DNA from: an uncultured Cardiobacteriales bacterium
Lineage (GTDB): Bacteria > Pseudomonadota > Gammaproteobacteria > CAYWWW01
Reading direction: 5' to 3'
Length of the DNA stretch: 64,000 nucleotides
Assembly: GCA_964462205.1 (NCBI GenBank)
Contig: CAYWWW010000001.1
Span: forward strand, 11,443-75,442
Made by a program: the position numbers and the translations under genes. Below the pieces are notes generated by a model. That model searched no databases. It was not told the origin of the DNA and worked only from the letters and a program-made list of their open reading frames with translations. Below, in pieces: positions 57,619 to 64,000 of this stretch; position 1 is the first letter of the stretch, and each line of letters begins with the position of its first letter.

Positions 57619-60600
57619 TTAGCCGCTGACCGCAAGCGCCGCCTGTTGTAAAAAAGCCATGACAGCTTCTTCTTGAAAAGGTTTGGTAAAGTATTGATCA
57701 ACACCAGCTTTTTGTGCTTCCTGCCGATGTTTGTCGCTGGCGCGTGAGGTGATCATGGCGATAGGCACCTTGGGAAATAGGCTGTTGTTGCGCACATAGC
57801 GGGTGAGTTCCAGGCCGTTCATGCGCGGCATCTCCATGTCCACAAGTATTGCCAAAGGCACAAGTGCATCCAAAAGTTGTACCGCTTCGGCACCGTCGCG
57901 GGCGCTGACAACGCTAAAACCGGCATCTTGCGCCAATTCACTCAGCGCTTTGCGCATACTCAAGGAGTCATCCACCACCAACACGCTGCGCGTTGATTTT
58001 TGGATGTTTTCCCGCCGTGTTCCGGCATTGGCCATTTGTAACAAGAGGTTGGGATTTAAGAGCATTACCACTGCACCGTTTTCACGGATGCTTGTGCCTA
58101 AATACAAGGGATTGGCCGGCAGATAACGGCTTAACGGTCGCAAAATCAATTCTTTGTTATCCAAAATGCCATCCACCAATAAAGCGACATCGGGATGCTG
58201 GCGGAAAAAGAGCGCAAAGCCGTCGTTTAAACTGCGCGAAAGTCCCAAACGCTCGCCGAGATGAATGGCGCGGTAGAGTTTTTCTTCAAAAACCAAGCGA
58301 TCCTTTTTGAAATGCAGATCGGCTTGCAGCACGATGCGCGCGATGTCGTTGGCCGGTAAGCCAAAAACTTCCTGGTCGCTGCTGACAAAAAGTGTCTGCA
58401 AGGTGGCAAGCGTTAAAGGCAGACGAATGTTAAAAGTAACGCCTTGATTTTCTTGACTTTCCGCGCTGATGCTGCCTTGTAGTTTTTGGATAGTGGTGGC
58501 GACGACATCTAAACCTACGCCGCGTCCTGAAATTTCGGTGACTTGTTCGCGGGTGCTGAAATTCGGCGAAAAAATCAGTTGTTTCAAGGTCTCGGCATCG
58601 AGATTTGAGGCAAATCCTAAACTTTGTGCTTTGCGGCGGATTTTTTCCACGTCTAAACCGGCACCGTCGTCTTTGAGGGTCAAGACAATAAATTTGCCGT
58701 CGCGGCTGGCGCTTAAAGTAATGTGGCCTTCGCTGGCTTTGCCTTTGGCAATGCGGGTGTCGGGCAGCTCAATGCCGTGATCAATGGCGTTGCGTAAAAG
58801 ATGCAGCAGTGCCGGAAAAAGTTGTTGCAAAATGGCAAAGTCCAAGAGCGTCTGGCCGCCGTTTAAGCTGAAATGCGCGATTTTGCCAGTGCTGCGGCAG
58901 GTTTGCCGGACAATCCGTTGTAAGCGTGGCAACAGGCTTTGCAGCGGCACGAGGCGCAGGTCAATGAGATATTCTTGCAGTCCTTGGCTGGCTTGTTGTT
59001 CTTCGCGTAACAGATCTTCTTGAATTTGCAGGCGTTGTTGAAGTTCTTGGTGCAGTGTCCGGCTGTCAGCGCTGATCTCCAACAGTTGCCGCGCCAGGCT
59101 ATACCATTCCTGATATTCCTCCAGTTCTAAAGGATCGAAAGCTGATGCGCTGTCACCAGCAAGATTTTGCTTGGCATGAGAAATTTTTCGCATTCCCTGA
59201 ATGTCCGCCAAGGTTTCCAAGGCAAAACCGCTGGTCTGCATTCTTTGGTCTTGTGCCTGCATCTGTTGGAGCAGTTGTTTGCTTACGGCCAATTCGGCGC
59301 GGCTGCGGCTTAGTGCCAGTTGTAATTCGCCGATCTGTTGCAGTAGCGCATCGAGATGCCGACTTTCTAAGGTGCTGCTGCTGGTGCTGCTTTCTGCCGC
59401 TGGCGTTTTTTTTGCCTCGGTCGTTGTGGCAGTCGCGCTGCTTTCTGCCATCGGTGACAGGACTTCCGCTGGCAATTGCGCCACGGTTTGTAATTGAACT
59501 ACCAGGTATTGCAGAGTGTCGGTAGGCAGTTGTTCGCCGGCGAGATTTTTTTCTAGCAATTCTCCAACAAAATCAGCAGTTTCTAACAGTAAGTCTTGGC
59601 GGTCTTTGGTCAGCGCTAAGTTATTTTTATGGACGCGCTCGAAAATGTCTTCCAATAAATGTGTCAAGGTGCTGATGGCATTAAGACCCACCAGAGCGGC
59701 ATTGCCTTTTAAGGTGTGCGCGAGGCGTTCGGCTTGCGCGATATCCGGTTCCGGGGTTTCCAGAAGCGAGGACAGTGCCGCGATAAGGTACGGCGCTTCT
59801 TGTTGAAAACTTTTGAGAACTTCTGGATTGAGATCCGCTGGTAGGATTTGGTTAAAACTTTCGGCATCGAGTTGATAGCTATGCGCTTCTTCCACTACAC
59901 CGAGGATTTCTTGTTTGATGGCAGTGGTTAATGGATTGATTTCATTGATTTTTTTGCCAAAAATGGCTAAAGTTTCCGCAATCGCCAAGAGTTTTTCATC
60001 GGCGGCGTTCTGCATAAAACTTTGCACTTGGCGCATCCCGATGCGCCACTGTTGGTAGTGATCAGCGCTGTTTATAGTTTGTAGCAAGATATTGAAAATA
60101 CCAAATAAAGCACCGAGTTGTGGCAGGCTGACCAGTTCGGCGGCGCTCTCCAAAGTGCCGAGATGATGGCTTTGTAAAGACCGCGCTTCGGCATCCAGAT
60201 GCGCAAAGTCGGGCGGCGTTTCTTGGCAGAATAATTCCAGGCTCTCGGCTAAAGCGCTCAAAATTTCCTGGGCGGTGTCGCTGATGCGCCAGGGCGTTGC
60301 TGATGCCTCTGCCTTGAAAAAAACTTCGGGTGCGCTTTCGTCGCTGCTGCTGGCCTGGCTTTGGGGTTTTATAAGGTTTACTTCTGAAGTGTCTAGTTTT
60401 TTTTCATATTTTTCAATTATTTCAATGTGTTCGCTGCTTTCCGTGGCGGCGGCTGTTGTGGTCGCTGCCGCCAGCGGGCTCGGCCAGGTCAGATCGCGGC
60501 TAAATTCAACCAGTGCTTGATAGTCTTGGTTGTGGTCGTCGCCAAAATCTTCGGCGGCATTTTCCAATAAAAAAAGCCAAGCCTGCCAAAGTTCGAGGAC

Positions 60601-60789
60601 AACGCTTGCTTGCGGGTCATCGGCGCTCAGCAAAGGCAGGCTATTTTCGTTAATAAAAGCAAACCACGGCGAGCTTTCGTCGAGGTTGCTTTGTAGTGTG
60701 GCTAAAGCGCTCAAGGCCGCTTCCCAGTCCTGTTTTTGACAAGCGGCAAGAAAAATCGGCAGGTGGGTCAGCAGCAGGTCTTTTGCCAT
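57619..60789 (-). CDS. hybrid CheA-like histidine kinase (Hpt - dimerisation - HATPase - CheW-like - REC), ChpA/PilL type
   Basis: 1056 aa. Canonical Hpt AHTLKGNAALVG, plus a possible degenerate Hpt (SHHLGTLESAAE). HATPase_c motifs DHGIE, DDGAGLD and GRGVGLDVV. CheW-like segment LFVSSDQEVFGLPANDI. C-terminal receiver VLVVDDS...ILVDMEMPRMNGLE...K. Confidence 0.88.
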   Translation of the reverse strand: MAKDLLLTHLPIFLAACQKQDWEAALSALATLQSNLDESSPWFAFINENSLPLLSADDPQASVVLELWQAWLFLLENAAEDFGDDHNQDYQALVEFSRDLTWPSPLAAATTTAAATESSEHIEIIEKYEKKLDTSEVNLIKPQSQASSSDESAPEVFFKAEASATPWRISDTAQEILSALAESLELFCQETPPDFAHLDAEARSLQSHHLGTLESAAELVSLPQLGALFGIFNILLQTINSADHYQQWRIGMRQVQSFMQNAADEKLLAIAETLAIFGKKINEINPLTTAIKQEILGVVEEAHSYQLDAESFNQILPADLNPEVLKSFQQEAPYLIAALSSLLETPEPDIAQAERLAHTLKGNAALVGLNAISTLTHLLEDIFERVHKNNLALTKDRQDLLLETADFVGELLEKNLAGEQLPTDTLQYLVVQLQTVAQLPAEVLSPMAESSATATTTEAKKTPAAESSTSSSTLESRHLDALLQQIGELQLALSRSRAELAVSKQLLQQMQAQDQRMQTSGFALETLADIQGMRKISHAKQNLAGDSASAFDPLELEEYQEWYSLARQLLEISADSRTLHQELQQRLQIQEDLLREEQQASQGLQEYLIDLRLVPLQSLLPRLQRIVRQTCRSTGKIAHFSLNGGQTLLDFAILQQLFPALLHLLRNAIDHGIELPDTRIAKGKASEGHITLSASRDGKFIVLTLKDDGAGLDVEKIRRKAQSLGFASNLDAETLKQLIFSPNFSTREQVTEISGRGVGLDVVATTIQKLQGSISAESQENQGVTFNIRLPLTLATLQTLFVSSDQEVFGLPANDIARIVLQADLHFKKDRLVFEEKLYRAIHLGERLGLSRSLNDGFALFFRQHPDVALLVDGILDNKELILRPLSRYLPANPLYLGTSIRENGAVVMLLNPNLLLQMANAGTRRENIQKSTRSVLVVDDSLSMRKALSELAQDAGFSVVSARDGAEAVQLLDALVPLAILVDMEMPRMNGLELTRYVRNNSLFPKVPIAMITSRASDKHRQEAQKAGVDQYFTKPFQEEAVMAFLQQAALAVSG
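60303..60316 (+). repeat. copy 6 of over-represented 14-mer
   Basis: gttgctgATGCCTCTGCCTTGaaaaaaa, inside the cheA-like gene (- gene), read as K-A-E-A-S. Confidence 0.95.
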
Positions 60790-60792
60790 ACT

Positions 60793-62637
60793 TTAGCTCG
60801 GCAGTTTGAAGATGCGGATGGATTGCAACATGGCCGAAGAGGCGCTAGTTAAGGCGGTAACCTGGCTGCCTTGTGCCTCTAGGCGCTCGCGGGTGTTGTC
60901 AATGGAAACACGCATTTTTTCAAGTTCTTGCAGCAGTTCTTGCGAGCTTTTTAATTGCAGCAAGGAGTTTTTGGAAATTTTACCAATCGCTTCCGAGGCG
61001 ATGTCCACCGACGCTTGACTTTTCTGCATCGTGCTGCCCGCCGTTTCAATGAGTTTGGCTTGAGCGACGACTTCGCTGTTGGCCTTTTCCATCGCCTGCA
61101 TGGTATCGGTGGTTTCGGCTTGGATGTTTTTGATCAAGGTCGAGATTTGTGAGGTGGCATTTTGCGAGCTTTCGGCCAGGCGTTGAACCTCGGCGGCGAT
61201 CACCGTAAAGGTGCGTCCGGCGTCGCCTGCGGCCGCGGCTTGAATACCCGCGTTTAAGGCCAGGACGTTGGTGCGTTCAGCGATGTTGTTGATGATATCC
61301 ACAATTACGGTGATTTCTTGAGAGCGTTCGCCTAAGCGCTTGATTCGTTTAGAAATTTCCTGAATGTTATCGCGGGTGCCGTCAATGCCTTGAATGGATC
61401 GCTGTAAAACGCCAAAGGCTTCGCTGATGGCTTGGCGAATCTCTTGACCGGCTTTGTCGCTTGCCTGCGATAAGCTCGCAATCTGCCGCAAAATTTGCGT
61501 AGCACGGCGCAGACTTTCGGTGGTGCGGCCTAAGGTTTCTTGCTCGTTTTGCGCCGCTTGGATGACTTCTTGGTTTTGGGTATTGACGGCAAGCGAGGTT
61601 TGTGCGACTTGCGCCGAACTCTTTTCGACTTGTTTCAACACCGTGGCCAATTCAGCGGTCAACTGGTTTAAGCCGTCCGCAATCAAGCCGGTGATGTCTT
61701 CGGTCACGGGAATTTTTACCGCAAGATTATGCTGTTGCGAAATTTCCGAGGTGGCAGTTAAGAGGTTGATAACGGCATCGTTCACCGCTTCGTTGCGCGT
61801 GGCGAGATGCGCAAAAGCATCGTTAAATTGTTGGGTCAGTTCGCCGATTTCATCCCGACGATCCACAGCAAGTCGCGCCGAAAAGTCATCGCGGCGCTTC
61901 ATAGCGGTTAAGGTGTTGCTTACTTTATCCAGCGGGTCGGTGATCAATTGTTTTACTGCCAAGCGGCTGATAAAAAATAAAATTGCTGAAAGAATCACAA
62001 AGCCGAAGGCCAAAATCAGCATATTGGCTAGGCGATAATTCTGGGTTTGTGTGCGTAATTCTTGTACCAGCAAGGTATTGGCAGCCAATTGTTGTGCCAA
62101 AATTTCTTCTACGGCTTGGACATCGCCAGCAACTTCAATAAAACCAATCAATTGTCCTTGATCAAAAACCGAGCGATAGACCGAAAACGGACTTTGTTGC
62201 AAACCGGTCACATCCACTTTGAGCAAGGTTTCGCCTGTGGCATTGGTGAAGCGAATATAGGCGATTTTTTCCTGTTTGCCTTGGGTTTTCAGACGAAATA
62301 AATCAGAGGCGGTATTGGTGGTTTTAGCGATATTTTCGGCAACGCTGCGCAACTTTTGCGTGTCTTGATCGCGCAAAGCATTGACACTGGCCTGACGCAC
62401 ATTGTCGGCGGCGAGGTTCAAAATCAAGGTGATATTGTCCCAGAAGTCTTCTTCGGTTTGCCGACGTTCGCGGTCGGCATCGGCGGCAAAGATCAAATCC
62501 TTGGCTTTTAATTCTTGATTGGTGCTGATCTGTTCGGTGATAAGCAGGCCGATAAGCAAAATAAAAAACATTAAAATCAGCAAGATGCTAAATTTATCGG
62601 CGATTTTAATATCAGCAAAAGAAAATCCGGTAGCCAT
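60793..62637 (-). CDS. methyl-accepting chemotaxis protein, PilJ-like signalling domain
   Basis: 614 aa with two TM helices around a ~170-aa periplasmic region, then a HAMP domain. The conserved hairpin is NVLALNAGIQAAAAGDAGRTFTVIAAEVQRLAESS. Confidence 0.88.
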   Translation of the reverse strand: MATGFSFADIKIADKFSILLILMFFILLIGLLITEQISTNQELKAKDLIFAADADRERRQTEEDFWDNITLILNLAADNVRQASVNALRDQDTQKLRSVAENIAKTTNTASDLFRLKTQGKQEKIAYIRFTNATGETLLKVDVTGLQQSPFSVYRSVFDQGQLIGFIEVAGDVQAVEEILAQQLAANTLLVQELRTQTQNYRLANMLILAFGFVILSAILFFISRLAVKQLITDPLDKVSNTLTAMKRRDDFSARLAVDRRDEIGELTQQFNDAFAHLATRNEAVNDAVINLLTATSEISQQHNLAVKIPVTEDITGLIADGLNQLTAELATVLKQVEKSSAQVAQTSLAVNTQNQEVIQAAQNEQETLGRTTESLRRATQILRQIASLSQASDKAGQEIRQAISEAFGVLQRSIQGIDGTRDNIQEISKRIKRLGERSQEITVIVDIINNIAERTNVLALNAGIQAAAAGDAGRTFTVIAAEVQRLAESSQNATSQISTLIKNIQAETTDTMQAMEKANSEVVAQAKLIETAGSTMQKSQASVDIASEAIGKISKNSLLQLKSSQELLQELEKMRVSIDNTRERLEAQGSQVTALTSASSAMLQSIRIFKLPS

Positions 62638-62646
62638 GTCTTTTCC

Positions 62647-63930
62647 TTAAGGAGTTGGGGTAAGTGCCGCCAAACGACTGCGTAAATCTTGCCAATCGGC
62701 ATCGGTGGCGGTGTGCCAGGTGCCATCTTTTTGTAAACGGGTGATTAAAATCAGATCCGAAGCGCGTTGGCCTTGATTGGCCGGAGCATTGAGATCAACG
62801 CCAGCTAAATCCATGTTTAAGTTGCGTAAAGTTTTGATGAAATCTTCACGGGTCAAGGTGGGGGTTTGTTCTAAAGCCGCCACGATCATTTTGCCAACGA
62901 TATAACCTTCGAGATTGATATTGGTCATTTCAGGAATATCCAAGCTACGCAATTCTTTGACTATCGGCAGATCGCTTTGGATTAAAGGCACGGTTTGACT
63001 CATATACAGCACCGGACTGATGCCATAATTTTTAAATTGGCGATACATGCGTTTACCGCCGGAAAACGAAAACGAGGTAAAGACCCAAGGCTTATTTTGC
63101 GACAAACTATGGCGAATAAAATTGCCTAAATTCAATTCAAAACCGTAGGTCATCACTACCAAACAGCGGTTGCCTTGGCTTTCCCATTGTTGCAAGGCGT
63201 TAAAACCCCTGGTGACTTCCAGGGTTTTAGTGAGTTGATAACTGCCAACAGGACCTAAATTGTTCCAGTTTTCTGCGCCTTGTTCGCCAGCGCGCAGCAC
63301 ATTATCCCAGGCGGCCAGCAAAGTGCTATTGCTGCTTTCGCGGCCAATGCCGGCACGGATACCACGCAAAACGCTTAAACCCGAGGTGTCTTGTTGGACA
63401 TAGGCGCAGATATTTTCTGGCTTAACACCTTGATTAAACAAGGCTTGCAACAGGCGTTGTGCTTCTTGCTGAAAACTTGGCCGAAATTGAAAATGCAAGG
63501 GACGGGGTGCAAAGCTCACATCCGAGCCATCAAAAAAGGCAATGGAGGGAACTCCGGCTTTTTCCAATAACGGCAAACTCACTTCGGCATTGCGCTCGCC
63601 GACATTGCCGATCATGGCAAAAATGCTTTCGTCAATCAGCGCTTGCGTTTCTTGGGCACTGCGTTGTGCGTCGTAATAATCGTTGCGCGCTAATAATTCA
63701 ATGCGCCGTCCCTGGACGCTCACGCCGTCAAAAGCCAAGCGTAAGCCATTTTCCATCCGTAAGCCAGGCGGCGCGAGTTCGCCTTGTAACGGCAAAACAC
63801 TCCCGAAAACAATACGATCAGGGTAAACCCCGGGCGCTGTGCTTGCTGGGCGAATACCCAATACCAACGCGGCCATAACCACCGCTAGGAAAACAATCAC
63901 CATGAAAGGTAAAAATAATTTATTAAACAT
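62647..63930 (-). CDS. membrane-anchored type-1 periplasmic binding protein (LivK/Peripla_BP_6-like)
   Basis: 427 aa with an N-terminal TM anchor, then a PBP1 fold pattern (IVFGSVLPLQG...GLRLAFD, MIGNVGERNA, PSIAFFDG). Stop lies 9 nt upstream of the MCP start. Confidence 0.7.
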   Translation of the reverse strand: MFNKLFLPFMVIVFLAVVMAALVLGIRPASTAPGVYPDRIVFGSVLPLQGELAPPGLRMENGLRLAFDGVSVQGRRIELLARNDYYDAQRSAQETQALIDESIFAMIGNVGERNAEVSLPLLEKAGVPSIAFFDGSDVSFAPRPLHFQFRPSFQQEAQRLLQALFNQGVKPENICAYVQQDTSGLSVLRGIRAGIGRESSNSTLLAAWDNVLRAGEQGAENWNNLGPVGSYQLTKTLEVTRGFNALQQWESQGNRCLVVMTYGFELNLGNFIRHSLSQNKPWVFTSFSFSGGKRMYRQFKNYGISPVLYMSQTVPLIQSDLPIVKELRSLDIPEMTNINLEGYIVGKMIVAALEQTPTLTREDFIKTLRNLNMDLAGVDLNAPANQGQRASDLILITRLQKDGTWHTATDADWQDLRSRLAALTPTP

Positions 63931-64000
63931 ATAAGGACTCTATCCAAGAAGGCCAATGACAAATGAGATAAATTTCTTCGTCAAAAAAGAAGACACTAGA

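Noticed and set aside
61454-62038. 194-aa ORF antisense to the MCP signalling domain.
   Set aside because: The MCP frame contains the highly conserved signalling hairpin. The antisense product is Ser/Cys/Arg-rich low-complexity sequence.

Overview
This window looks like a chromosomal segment of a gammaproteobacterium, roughly mid-40s to 50% GC judged by eye. The lineage call rests on gene content: coq7, epmA/epmB/efp, xni, rluE and nudE-cysQ. HiPIP, a persulfide-type thiol module and Gly/Tyr-rich secreted proteins hint at a sulfur-oxidising lifestyle. It is mostly densely packed housekeeping genes: glmS, gpsA, ispH, coaBC, argB, rplM-rpsI, efp/epmAB, nadC, folB, rpmB-rpmG and rsgA. Accessory modules are interspersed among them:
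- an ArsR(SqrR/BigR-like)-DUF2892-rhodanese-Grx-Trx2 cluster;
- two tandem PEP-CTERM paralogs;
- two small secreted Gly/Tyr-rich proteins;
- an AT-rich restriction-modification islet downstream of rpsI, with an intact N6-adenine methyltransferase and a frame-disrupted endonuclease;
- a FimX-like degenerate GGDEF-EAL protein next to a PilZ-like protein;
- an FbpBC-type iron ABC importer;
- an FHA / ExeA-GspB / glycosyltransferase / Ser-Thr kinase / PP2C / AmpG neighbourhood;
- a chemosensory cluster of periplasmic binding protein, PilJ-like MCP, CheA-REC hybrid and two possible CheW-like ORFs.
No rRNA, tRNA, CRISPR array or transposase was seen.
The most unusual signal is not a gene. The 14-nt word ATGCCTCTG[C/T]CTTG occurs six times exactly. 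All copies are on the + strand, in unrelated coding frames, in genes of both orientations and in one spacer. That pattern resembles a DNA uptake sequence or a strand-polar genome motif.
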